DNA of 64,000 bases from Candidatus Moraniibacteriota bacterium (GTDB lineage: Bacteria > Patescibacteriota > Minisyncoccia > Moranbacterales > GCA-2747515), in the NCBI GenBank assembly GCA_046116545.1, contig CP175956.1, positions 257,734 through 321,733 on the forward strand, given 5' to 3'. Positions 48,326 to 57,888 of this stretch are shown piece by piece. Under the pieces are notes generated by a model, which was given only the letters and a program-made list of their open reading frames with translations, was not told the origin of the DNA and ran no database searches. Both the position numbers and the translations under genes were made by a program. How positions within the stretch are numbered: position 1 is the first letter of the stretch; every line of letters begins with the position of its first letter.

Positions 48326-49498
48326 TCAATAATCATCAAAACGACCATACGGTGTTTCTAAAATTATTTTATTTTGACCTTTTATTCCCTTCTCACATAC
48401 ACCTAGGTCATACAGGGTAATATGTGTTTGCTCACTGATGATTTGCATCACTTCTGCAAATTCTTCATTATCCTCACCAACAACATCAATACCAACACCA
48501 CAATTAAATGACTCAAACATATTACGCCACGTTTCTCCAGAGTCATTTTGAATTCTCTGAAAAAGAGGTGCCGCTTCTGGCATTGTCTTGTGATATACAA
48601 TGCCCTCACCAACATGTGCAATCTTGGTTGCTCCTCCACCAGTGTTCATGCTAATACCATGCAACATGTGGAAGATATTTCTTTCCTTCAAAGCTTCAAT
48701 GATCATTTTAATAACTACTGACCAATGTCTTGTCGGAGAAATAAGTTGCTGTGCTACACCGCTATCTGCACTTTTATCCCCTTCAAAAGAAGCTCCATCT
48801 TTAATGAGAAATGGATATTTCTCACCATATTTTGGATGCATTTCCTTGTAGCGAGCCATAGTTGAACCATTGGACATAAGTCCACTGTTTTCTTCCGTCT
48901 CCCATTCTGCTCGCCCATCAGATGCAAAACCATAAATTTTGTCACCAACCTGAACATTACCCGAAATGATATTTTCTTCGGCTGTCTCTGAATATACTGC
49001 AACATCGAATACAATACTCTTTACCTGATCAGGCAAATCTGCAGTCTCACCACCCAGAAAATGAACGTCCATGCCAAAATATTTATATAGCTCTAGCGCA
49101 TCTTCAAATCCGCCTGCCAACTGTTCCAGAATAACTTTTTTAGGAACATTTATGCCATTAATATTAACAGTATCTGCAACAATCGCCATATCAACAAAGC
49201 CACTTGCAGCAATATCTCCGAGATTCATTTCCATCGCATCAATAACAGCGCCCCAGAATACTTGTGGATCTGATAATTCAAGATACATAAGCATTCGCTG
49301 TAAGAATTTACTTCCATCCCCATCCAGATGTAATGTACACACAACACCCTTTTGTGTTGGATGATCGATGATGTTTACAAAAGCATTTGGATATTTATTT
49401 TCCACAATTGGACCAAATGTTTTACGAACAACTCCCTTTTGTGCATCAACGCCAAGTTTTGAATATTGACTTTCTTGTTTCATGTCTATCTTCTCCAT
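48326..49498 (-). CDS. PurM-family protein (AIR synthase-like; phosphoribosylformylglycinamidine cyclo-ligase candidate)
   Basis: 390 aa. The N-terminal Y-x3-GVD motif (YSKLGVDAQKG) and HLDGDGSKF (cf. PurM GTDGVGTK) are present. It is adjacent to purL/purN. Confidence 0.5.
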   Translation of the reverse strand: MEKIDMKQESQYSKLGVDAQKGVVRKTFGPIVENKYPNAFVNIIDHPTQKGVVCTLHLDGDGSKFLQRMLMYLELSDPQVFWGAVIDAMEMNLGDIAASGFVDMAIVADTVNINGINVPKKVILEQLAGGFEDALELYKYFGMDVHFLGGETADLPDQVKSIVFDVAVYSETAEENIISGNVQVGDKIYGFASDGRAEWETEENSGLMSNGSTMARYKEMHPKYGEKYPFLIKDGASFEGDKSADSGVAQQLISPTRHWSVVIKMIIEALKERNIFHMLHGISMNTGGGATKIAHVGEGIVYHKTMPEAAPLFQRIQNDSGETWRNMFESFNCGVGIDVVGEDNEEFAEVMQIISEQTHITLYDLGVCEKGIKGQNKIILETPYGRFDDY

Positions 49499-49552
49499 TG
49501 AAAATAAAATGTAGTCCTTGGTGGAATTATTTCCACCAAGGACTGAGTTAAA

Positions 49553-52500
49553 CTACTTGTTGTGCATACACCATTCGTATGCATTTTGAAACATCTTCAG
49601 CCATGGTGCTACGTGACCATTTGCGTGAAGTTCACGTTTCATATCTTCTGGCAGATAATGACACTCCCATGACAGAAACGTTCGTTCAGGATGTGGCATC
49701 ATCGCGAGATGACGACCGTCTTCTGAACACATGCCCGCCAGACCTTCTGGAGAGCCGTTTGGATTAAACGGATAGTCTTCTGTTGCCCAACCAGCATCGT
49801 CAACATAGACAATCGGCAAAAGCTTTTTCACTTTCAAATCATCAATCATATCATGATTTGGAAAATGTAATTTACCCTCACCATGAGCAACATTGATTCC
49901 AAAAGTCAATCCTTCCATACCCTTGAACATAATTGACTGACTCTTCTCAATTGTTACAGTTGACCACCTTGACTCAAATTTCTGCGAATCATTGTGAATA
50001 AACCGTGGCTGATCCTCCGGTGCAATCCCACGCCATGGAACCCAACCAAGGAGTCCAAACAATTGACAACCATTACATATACCCAATGAGAAAGTATCTG
50101 TACGATTATAAAATTCTTTAAAAATCGCACTAACTTTTTTATTGAACTTGATTGTCGCTGCCCAACCCTTGGCTGACTCTGGTACATCTGCATAAGAAAA
50201 TCCACCTACAGCAGCAAGACCTACAAACTGATTTAAATCTTTTACCTTACCAGTAAGTAAATCAGTCATTGTAATATCCCACGGTTCAAATCCCGCAGCA
50301 TAAAACGCCGATGTCATTTCACGATCAGAGTTACTTCCCTCTTCACGCAAAATTGCCACCTTTGGTTTATCGGTTGCATCCAAAACTTCCTGCGAAGTAA
50401 CTTGAGGCGTAAAAGGCACAATATACTTTGGACCAGATCGATCAAAAATATTTTCCTTTTCTGCATCAGCACACGCTGGATTTTTCTGAATACGTTCCAG
50501 TTGATACGAAGTCTCTTCCCATTCTTGGCGAAGAATTTTCATATCTTCAGACAGAACTGTGGCACAGTCATACTTAATTTGAATTAACTGTTTCTTAGTT
50601 GTTTCTCCGATTACATACACACCTCCATGATGAGCGCCATGAGCACAGATAGTAGTAAAAACTTCATTAACATTACTATTCTCACACTCAATCACAATAC
50701 CTAACTCCTCCGCAAACAATCGCGGAATTAACATCCTAAATGGTGCATGACATTTTGCAAGATCAATATTTATCCCACAATTACCAGAAAACGCCATCTC
50801 AAGCAATGTTGCAATCAAGCCACCATCACTCACGTCATGTCCAGCAAGAATTAAACCTTTACTAATCAATTCTTGAATAGCTAGAAATGCATTAGCTACT
50901 AATCCCGGATCATCCATATCTGGTGATTCATCACCAATTTGACCCCGAGTCTGAGCTAGTGCAGTTCCACCAAGACGCATTTTACCATCGGAAAGATCAA
51001 TAAAAATAAGTTTGCTCTCACCTGGCTTCTTAATGTCTGGTGTCACAACTTTTGTGATGTCATCCATCGCACCATAAAGAGAAATAACAAGCTCACGTGG
51101 TGATTTCACTGTTTCATCACCCACAATTGTCGCCATTGACATACTATCTTTTCCGCCGTCAACTGCGATACCAATTTTTTCCATTGATCCACACATTGCC
51201 CTAGTGGCATCATTGAGAGCAGCTCCTTCACCCGGAAGCTTTGGCGCCCACATCCAGTTTGCACTGCATTTAATCTGCTCTAGATCCAATCCACCAGCCC
51301 ACATCAGGTTTGTCAGTGCTTCACCGACAGCCATACGTGCTCCAGCAGCGGGATTCACCATCATCTTAATCGCTTGCTCACCAATTGCTGTCGCTCCACC
51401 TGTAAGTCCAAAATGACTCTGCGCAACCACTGCAACATCTGCAAGTGGTAGTTGCAACGGTCCAACACATTGTTGTTGTGCTATAAGTCCCGTTACAGAC
51501 CGATCAACTTTATTCGTGAGAAACCGTTTTGAACCAACAGACACAAGTCGTAAAACATCATGCAATGCACTCCTAACGGTCACACCATCAGGAAGTACAA
51601 ATGGTTCAAGTTTCATCGGAACATGGTTGTCCTCAAAAGTTTTCTGTGGCATGCCACCGAGTACCTTTGAAAGATCGAGATTAACTGGTGTCGTATTGTC
51701 ATTACTATCTCGTACAACAAATTGCATATCACCAGTTACTTCACCAAGTACTTCACAACCAACTTTTTCACGATCGCAAATTGCTTGAAAATGTTTAATA
51801 TTTTCTGGACTAATGAGAAATCCATTTCGTTCCTGAAATTCAGCAACATAGATTTCCAATACAGACATCGTCGGGTCACCAACATTAATATTACGAATGT
51901 TAATAACACCACCCGATTTTTCAACAAGTTCTTTAAGAACATTTGCTGGACCACCAGCACCTTGATCATGAATAACATCAATGAGAGTTTTATATCCCAT
52001 TTCATTACAAGCTCGGATAACACGATTCATCTTTTGTTCCATTTCCGCGTCACCACGTTGCACTGCATTAAAATCAAGTTCAGCAGCCTGTTCACCTTGA
52101 AGCATACTCGAAGCAGCTCCACCACCAAATCCAACACGATAAGCAGGACCACCCACCTGTACAATACGCATTCCTTTCTTTTGCGTATCTTTCTCAGTAT
52201 GTCGTGCATCAATTTGACCTATGCCACCAGTAAACATAATAGGCTTTAGAAAGCCCCAACGCTCACCACCAGGTAACCGCATATCAAATGATCGCGTAAA
52301 ACCTTGAATCATTGGCTCACCAAACTTATTTCCATAGTCTGACGCGCCATCACTTGCCTCGATCTCAATCTGTCGAGCTCTAGCCAAGTTATCTGGATAT
52401 TCAAACCCAGCAGTTTCCCATGGTAATTCGTAACCATCAATATGCAAATTTGCTACACAATACCCTGATGTACCAGCTACCACAAATCCGCCCTTTCCTG

Positions 52501-53413
52501 TTCCCTGAATATCGCGAATACGACCTCCAGCTCCAGTCTCTGCTCCAGGAAATGGAGCAACGCCAGTCGGAAAATTATGTGTCTCTGCAGTAAGCATCAA
52601 ATGATACGTTGTAGTCTGCATAGAAAAAGTTGATACTTCGCCAGGATTATTTGGGATAAGCGTATCAATCGTAGATCCCTCAATTACACTTGAATTATCT
52701 TTGAACGATACAACACTGCCTTTGGGATGCTTTTTGAGAGTTTCTTTTACAAGATCAAACAAAGTGTCTTCTTGTAAATATCCATCAATTTTCAACCTCC
52801 CACCAAAATATCCATGACGAGAATGTTCCGAATTTGCATTATTGAGATCCATAATCTCAACAATTGTTGGATTACGATTATGTTCTCCAACAAAATAATT
52901 ATAATAGAAATTACGATCATGTTCATCCATAGAAATGCCTGGAATATTCGTTAATGCACCTGGACCACCACGTTTCATGTTAACATCATACACTTTTTCA
53001 GGCTTAATGCCTGTATCAAATGTAGTTAATATTTTTTCATAGACCATTTCTGTCATACGATCATAATGATCCGCAACAAAACTAGGTCTATTAGCATCTT
53101 CACCTAGCACATATCGCCTTGATCTCTCAATGCGTGTGACCATAGTCAGGCCAACAGTATGACAAATTGATACCATATTAGAAGACCATGCTGTAGTACG
53201 ATTGAGAGTTGTTCCAATCTCAACAATACGATCACACTCATTTAACTGTGAAACAGCTGTGATGGATTTATAATCAAATCCATCTGCAAGTACGCCTATC
53301 AATATTTGCACTTGAGAATCACTTAGAGCACCCTCAAGCTCAATATTAAAACAATATTCATCACAACCAACAACGCCTTTTTTCCTGTACATTTGAATCA
53401 CATTTCTCTTCAT
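49553..53413 (-). CDS. purL: phosphoribosylformylglycinamidine synthase, large single-chain form
   Basis: 1286 aa. It has an N-terminal domain, the FGAM synthetase (PurM-like) domains, and a C-terminal class-I glutamine amidotransferase with catalytic Cys in GICNGCQ and His in the HGEG motif. Confidence 0.9.
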   Translation of the reverse strand: MKRNVIQMYRKKGVVGCDEYCFNIELEGALSDSQVQILIGVLADGFDYKSITAVSQLNECDRIVEIGTTLNRTTAWSSNMVSICHTVGLTMVTRIERSRRYVLGEDANRPSFVADHYDRMTEMVYEKILTTFDTGIKPEKVYDVNMKRGGPGALTNIPGISMDEHDRNFYYNYFVGEHNRNPTIVEIMDLNNANSEHSRHGYFGGRLKIDGYLQEDTLFDLVKETLKKHPKGSVVSFKDNSSVIEGSTIDTLIPNNPGEVSTFSMQTTTYHLMLTAETHNFPTGVAPFPGAETGAGGRIRDIQGTGKGGFVVAGTSGYCVANLHIDGYELPWETAGFEYPDNLARARQIEIEASDGASDYGNKFGEPMIQGFTRSFDMRLPGGERWGFLKPIMFTGGIGQIDARHTEKDTQKKGMRIVQVGGPAYRVGFGGGAASSMLQGEQAAELDFNAVQRGDAEMEQKMNRVIRACNEMGYKTLIDVIHDQGAGGPANVLKELVEKSGGVINIRNINVGDPTMSVLEIYVAEFQERNGFLISPENIKHFQAICDREKVGCEVLGEVTGDMQFVVRDSNDNTTPVNLDLSKVLGGMPQKTFEDNHVPMKLEPFVLPDGVTVRSALHDVLRLVSVGSKRFLTNKVDRSVTGLIAQQQCVGPLQLPLADVAVVAQSHFGLTGGATAIGEQAIKMMVNPAAGARMAVGEALTNLMWAGGLDLEQIKCSANWMWAPKLPGEGAALNDATRAMCGSMEKIGIAVDGGKDSMSMATIVGDETVKSPRELVISLYGAMDDITKVVTPDIKKPGESKLIFIDLSDGKMRLGGTALAQTRGQIGDESPDMDDPGLVANAFLAIQELISKGLILAGHDVSDGGLIATLLEMAFSGNCGINIDLAKCHAPFRMLIPRLFAEELGIVIECENSNVNEVFTTICAHGAHHGGVYVIGETTKKQLIQIKYDCATVLSEDMKILRQEWEETSYQLERIQKNPACADAEKENIFDRSGPKYIVPFTPQVTSQEVLDATDKPKVAILREEGSNSDREMTSAFYAAGFEPWDITMTDLLTGKVKDLNQFVGLAAVGGFSYADVPESAKGWAATIKFNKKVSAIFKEFYNRTDTFSLGICNGCQLFGLLGWVPWRGIAPEDQPRFIHNDSQKFESRWSTVTIEKSQSIMFKGMEGLTFGINVAHGEGKLHFPNHDMIDDLKVKKLLPIVYVDDAGWATEDYPFNPNGSPEGLAGMCSEDGRHLAMMPHPERTFLSWECHYLPEDMKRELHANGHVAPWLKMFQNAYEWCMHNK

Positions 53414-53416
53414 CTC

Positions 53417-54229
53417 TCAATCCTCCTGTATGATTTTTACAATCTTTCTCTCTAAGCCGTTATTCTGCTTAACTGTTTCTAACCTTAATCGATTTTCTAC
53501 AAAAAGCTGAATACATTCAGGGAATAATTCATATTCCTCTTGTAATCCTCGCTTTTTAAATGAATCAATATCACTATTAGGTAAAACTGAAATTGCTCGC
53601 TGACCAATAATTGGACCAGTATCCTCACCGTAGTCCACAAAGTGAACTGTACAACCACCAACTTTACAGCCATAACGAATTGTATCGCCATAACCATCAA
53701 CACCTGGAAAAGCTGGTAATAATGCTGGATGAATATTCATAATCCTAGGATCATAGCTACCCTTATTCATACCATCAATTAAAAATGATGTATTAACCTG
53801 CATGAATCCTGCTAAAGCCATAAGGTCAATATTATACTCTCTAGCTTTTGCAAGAATATAATATTCTGCAATCATTTTTTTGTGAATACAATTAACTTGT
53901 TTGGAATAATTTCCATCAAACCAACTGTGAATGAATGTACTTTTTTCATAGACTTTTTTCAATCCTTCTTCAGAAGGTGTCCAAAAATTATCATACATAA
54001 CTTGTTCACCAAGATCATCAAAAATGAATGGTGGCATAGCTGCATAATCTATAACAAATGTTGGAATGCCTGCATCAACTGCCCAAAGTAAACCCTTTGC
54101 ACCATGATTATCTGCACCAACAAATGCTACTTCCGCATTAATCTGTCCAGACTTACATGCACGCACAATTGCCTGCATATTAGTTCCGCTTCCAGAAATC
54201 ATAATACCAATCCTTTTTTTCTCTGTCAT
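53417..54229 (-). CDS. purN: phosphoribosylglycinamide formyltransferase (with ~60-aa insertion)
   Basis: 270 aa. N-terminal IGIMISGSGTNMQAI and the HPALLPAFPG..D active-site region (HxSLLP-like) are present. It is longer than the typical ~200 aa. Confidence 0.7.
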   Translation of the reverse strand: MTEKKRIGIMISGSGTNMQAIVRACKSGQINAEVAFVGADNHGAKGLLWAVDAGIPTFVIDYAAMPPFIFDDLGEQVMYDNFWTPSEEGLKKVYEKSTFIHSWFDGNYSKQVNCIHKKMIAEYYILAKAREYNIDLMALAGFMQVNTSFLIDGMNKGSYDPRIMNIHPALLPAFPGVDGYGDTIRYGCKVGGCTVHFVDYGEDTGPIIGQRAISVLPNSDIDSFKKRGLQEEYELFPECIQLFVENRLRLETVKQNNGLERKIVKIIQED

Positions 54230-54352
54230 TTCTCTCTCCTGTCTGAAATTTTAACTATTTCAACAAAACTTCTTTTGTTGTTAAAGTACATATATATAAA
54301 AAGATAGTCAATGCCCACAATGAGCTCAGACTACCTCCTTGAACACTAGTAT

Positions 54353-54376
54353 GTCAGAAAAATATCTTAAAATCAA
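54353..54376 (-). promoter_or_regulatory. 24-bp direct repeat copy 1 upstream of purN
   Basis: Plus-strand sequence TCAGAAAAATATCTTAAAATCAA. A near-identical copy lies at 54759-54783. Confidence 0.35.
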
Positions 54377-54487
54377 GTCATTTACCATTTTAAAATACAT
54401 TAATACTGATGAAAAACACTACTGATAAATTTTATCAATAGTGTTTTTGACCTTATGTATATTATTATCTATTAAGATAATTATTTT

Positions 54488-54652
54488 TCACTGTATTTTT
54501 ATGCTATCGCCTTTTGTAATTTTTTTCTCTTCAGTAGACTGTTCCTGCACCAAGTACAAAATACCCCCACAGCCAAAACACTTCTCCCTTTGTTTATAAA
54601 CTCTTATAAATTTACGACATGATCCGCATTCTTTTGACACAAGTGTATCCAT
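54488..54652 (-). CDS. small zinc-ribbon protein (54 aa), putative
   Basis: A ribosome-binding site AAGGAGGT lies 7 nt before the ATG (reverse complement of 54650-54652). Translation is MDTLVSKECGSCRKFIRVYKQREKCFGCGGILYLVQEQSTEEKKITKGDSIKIQ, with CxxC-x14-CxxC. It ends in TGA. It is below the ORF-track size cutoff. Confidence 0.35.
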   Translation of the reverse strand: MDTLVSKECGSCRKFIRVYKQREKCFGCGGILYLVQEQSTEEKKITKGDSIKIQ

Positions 54653-54758
54653 TACAACCTCCTTAGTTTGCTTTTATAAAAATAATTTTATTTTTAATAA
54701 TATACCAGTACAAAAAAGATGACTCGTTACATTCTATTTCTAAGTACGGTATACAGTG

Positions 54759-54783
54759 TCTCAGAAAAATATCTTAAAATCAA
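54759..54783 (-). promoter_or_regulatory. 24-bp direct repeat copy 2 upstream of the zinc-ribbon ORF
   Basis: Plus-strand sequence TCTCAGAAAAATATCTTAAAATCAA. Confidence 0.35.
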
Positions 54784-54878
54784 ATTTTTTTGAATTAATT
54801 CTATATAAAATTTAATAAAACAAAAACAAGTTATTAAAATAACTTGTTTTTGAAAACCTCGTTTATTAAGTTTTGTAC

Positions 54879-56039
54879 TTAAGCTCCACAACCTGCTTCT
54901 GCACTTGCGCCTGAAACATCAACTCCTGTACCAAATCCAGGTGCTGGAGATTCAGCTGATAATACCTCATTGCATGCTGCTGGTGGTGTATTAAATGCTG
55001 AACAAACTGCTGCTAAGATGCTAGCACTATCACGTCCACTTTGGATTTTTTCTCCATTTATAACAAGTGTTGGTGATCCTTGTACTCCATATTTCTCACC
55101 ATCTTCTTTGTGAATATTGAATTGTGGAAATTGTCCACTAACCCAACTAGCTTTATCTGCAAGTGATGCCAAAATACCATATTTAGCATCAAGTGTTTTT
55201 TCACACTGAGCTACAACTGCACTATTGATTTGCAACTTTGTCATACAAGTTTTTGCTTCTGTCTCATTTCCGCTAACTCCAGCTAAGAAACAACCTAGAT
55301 AATCATTGAATTTATTTGGTGCACTTTCTTGTATACAATATTGACGCATTTGCTCTTTCACTTCTAGCTCACCGTGCATTGCGTAATCAACAAACTTCCA
55401 TTGCATATCAATTGTATTTCCAAGTGTATCTAACACTGGCAAAATTCCTTTCTCCATCTGAGTACCGTATGGACAGTGACTCATTATAAATAATTCAACT
55501 TCTGGCTTATCTGATTTTGTCTGAACTTCAATACTTGGTATTTCTGATTCTTCACCTTCTACCACATCCTCCAATTCTTCTGCATCTATTAACTGTGGGA
55601 TAAACTTTGTTTTATCCTTAGTCATATATGATGTAACTTCTTGACCTTGTACAGTTAGTTCAATTTTGTATAAACCACTCTCTTCTGTAATTACTCCTAT
55701 AGTAACTTCAGTTCCTGGAGCAACTAAATTTTCTTCTACCATAGTCAACGCTGCTGCACTTACTTCTTCACTAATCTTATCACTTACTGGCTTTGCTTCA
55801 CTTTCTCCATCGTCACCTCTTTGCGTGAAAAATATAACAACACCAATAGCTATTACTATAACCACTAACCATACAAATATGTTACTACCTTCCGCACACT
55901 CACTTCCACAACAAGTACCTCCAACAGAAGATGTTTTTGTGCTATCTTTTTTCTCCTCAACTTTTGTCTCTTCTGTAGTTTTTACTTCTTTTTCTGCCAC
56001 AACTTCAGCATCAGCAGATGTCTTTTTTTCTTCAGCCAT
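54879..56039 (-). CDS. membrane-anchored thioredoxin-fold (DsbA-like) protein with atypical single-Cys CPYG motif
   Basis: 386 aa. It has an acidic N-terminus and a TCCGSEC cluster before the signal-anchor TM. A thioredoxin-like domain carries FIMSHCPYGTQ and a DsbA-like C-terminal GVQGSPTLVINGEK. Confidence 0.45.
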   Translation of the reverse strand: MAEEKKTSADAEVVAEKEVKTTEETKVEEKKDSTKTSSVGGTCCGSECAEGSNIFVWLVVIVIAIGVVIFFTQRGDDGESEAKPVSDKISEEVSAAALTMVEENLVAPGTEVTIGVITEESGLYKIELTVQGQEVTSYMTKDKTKFIPQLIDAEELEDVVEGEESEIPSIEVQTKSDKPEVELFIMSHCPYGTQMEKGILPVLDTLGNTIDMQWKFVDYAMHGELEVKEQMRQYCIQESAPNKFNDYLGCFLAGVSGNETEAKTCMTKLQINSAVVAQCEKTLDAKYGILASLADKASWVSGQFPQFNIHKEDGEKYGVQGSPTLVINGEKIQSGRDSASILAAVCSAFNTPPAACNEVLSAESPAPGFGTGVDVSGASAEAGCGA

Positions 56040-56117
56040 TTGTTTATTTATTACTGTTTAATAATTTGTTTATCAAAAACTAATTCAACTTCAAATTAGT
56101 TGTATTATAATATCATA

Positions 56118-56384
56118 CTATGAATTATGTGCAAAATTCAATGTCTTTATAATAGTCTTAGCAATTCTAGCAGTTGTATATCCTTCAGGGATATTTGTTT
56201 CTAAATTGAATTTTTCAACATTATCAATGTTAGTATTATTTCTTTTTAACATATCATCAATTATTGGAAAGAACTTTTCCAATAAATTATTTTCATCGAC
56301 CCAATTTTCTTCATCTATTTTATTTTCTCCATCAAGTAATACGAGAGAGACATTCTTTTCTTTCAGTTCTAATTTAATATGCAT
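56118..56384 (-). CDS. TsaB/YeaZ-like N-terminal domain protein (short)
   Basis: 88 aa. The N-terminus MHIKLELKEKNVSLVLLDGENKI and the C-terminal GYTTARIAKTIIKTL resemble the ASKHA N-lobe of TsaB. It is far shorter than the usual ~230 aa. Confidence 0.35.
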   Translation of the reverse strand: MHIKLELKEKNVSLVLLDGENKIDEENWVDENNLLEKFFPIIDDMLKRNNTNIDNVEKFNLETNIPEGYTTARIAKTIIKTLNFAHNS

Positions 56385-56404
56385 AGTTCAAAAATTATTT
56401 CTTA

Positions 56405-56818
56405 CTATTTTTCAAAATCAACACCTTCCATAGATTCAATAATTTCAATCGCCTCATCAAAATTATTTGCGTTTAATATATTTTCTAGTGCCTTTTCCAA
56501 AGATTTATCATGCTCATCATACACAAATCCACCCTTTTCAATGTCATTTTTTAAATCAATAATTGATCCATTTAATGCTCTGTGCATAATATGCTTTGAA
56601 ATAAATCCATTTTCCATATGTCCAAAATATTTTTTGTGCAATATTGCCGCAACATCCATATAATGTTCCACTCCTATATTTTTAAAAACATTTTTAACTA
56701 ATTTACGTTTTTCCTCATACATTTTTTGTGCTTCTTCAATATCACATTCAGATTCTTTCATAATCAAAGCTTCTGGCTTAAGTGTATAATCAAAAGAATT
56801 TGGCACCATTGTTTCCAT
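56405..56818 (-). CDS. hypothetical protein
   Basis: 137 aa with no recognisable motifs. Confidence 0.3.
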   Translation of the reverse strand: METMVPNSFDYTLKPEALIMKESECDIEEAQKMYEEKRKLVKNVFKNIGVEHYMDVAAILHKKYFGHMENGFISKHIMHRALNGSIIDLKNDIEKGGFVYDEHDKSLEKALENILNANNFDEAIEIIESMEGVDFEK

Positions 56819-56936
56819 GTTTTTTATTTTAAAGTAAAAATAATAATATTTATATTATAACACTTTCACTAAATTGACTATAATGTTATTTGTATATAGA
56901 ATAGAGTTTAACACATAAAAATGATATACTAAATTT

Positions 56937-57380
56937 ATGTCAACCTTAGCAGTAAACAAAAAAGCAAAATTTGATTATGAATTCATAGAAAAGTATGAGG
57001 CTGGTTTAGTGTTGTTTGGTCATGAAGTTAAATCTATCAAAACTGGACATATTTCTTTGAAAGGTTCTTTTGTAACAATACATAATAATGAGATGTATCT
57101 AACAAATGCACTTGTACCGTTATATCAACATGCTGGAAATATCAAAGATTACGATCCTAATCGTTCTAGAAAGTTACTTGTCAAGAAAAGTGAAATTCGT
57201 TCTCTTATCGGAAAAAAGGCTCAAGCTGGATTGACAATGGTGCCAATTCGTGTTTATACTAAGAGAAACCTTCTGAAATTAGAATTTGCTCTCGCAAAGG
57301 GGAAAACAAAACATGACAAGAGAAATGTAATGAAAAAGCGAGATACTGATAGAAATATCGCTAGAGCGCTCAGGAGATAA
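56937..57380 (+). CDS. smpB: SsrA-binding protein SmpB
   Basis: 147 aa. N-terminal KFDYEFIEKYEAGLVLFGHEVKS, the GxEVKS-like region and a basic C-terminal tail match SmpB. Confidence 0.9.
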   Translation: MSTLAVNKKAKFDYEFIEKYEAGLVLFGHEVKSIKTGHISLKGSFVTIHNNEMYLTNALVPLYQHAGNIKDYDPNRSRKLLVKKSEIRSLIGKKAQAGLTMVPIRVYTKRNLLKLEFALAKGKTKHDKRNVMKKRDTDRNIARALRR

Positions 57381-57414
57381 GTGAATTGTAACTTAAAAAT
57401 TGAAAATTAATCAT

Positions 57415-57842
57415 GGGGATGACTAGCTTTCGACAGTTTGTCATCTGCTGATATGCACGTCGAGCATGTATGTTTATTCTCGTAAAACTAATATACATTT
57501 TGATTTAAGTGCAAACTTTATCAATAAGGCAAAAGTAGCATTTGCTAACGCATTTGCACCATCTTTTGCACCGTCTCTCGCGTAATAAACGCTTGAGCCA
57601 TCACACGAGCTGAGCGTCTCATAAGTTCATTGTGGTGTCATATTTTTGAGGCTCGCTCTTTATTGGTATCTTTGACGATTTAGAGTTAAACTTCAAAGAT
57701 AGATTAATAGATCTTTTGACTGTTTTGCTACTATTAATTGAACCTGTCTTTTTGCAAAGACTTGCAAAACATGTCCAAGCGTGTGAAGAGTATTATCAGA
57801 TTTACAAATTTGGACGTGGGTGCAATTCCCACCATCTCCACA
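57415..57842 (+). ncRNA. ssrA: tmRNA (SsrA)
   Basis: The 5' GGGGATG pairs with 3' CATCTCC-A-CA (tRNA-like acceptor). The T-arm is GGACGTGGGTGCAATTCCCAC. An internal tag reading frame ends ..GCA CCG TCT CTC GCG TAA TAA (57571-57588), giving a candidate tag ..ANAFAPSFAPSLA. It lies directly downstream of smpB. Confidence 0.75.
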
Positions 57843-57888
57843 TAGTTTAATTTTCAATTTTCAATTTATAATTTAAAACCTTTTACTT

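Noticed and set aside
51722-52249. 175-aa plus-strand ORF
   Set aside because: It is antisense inside purL, which is strongly supported.
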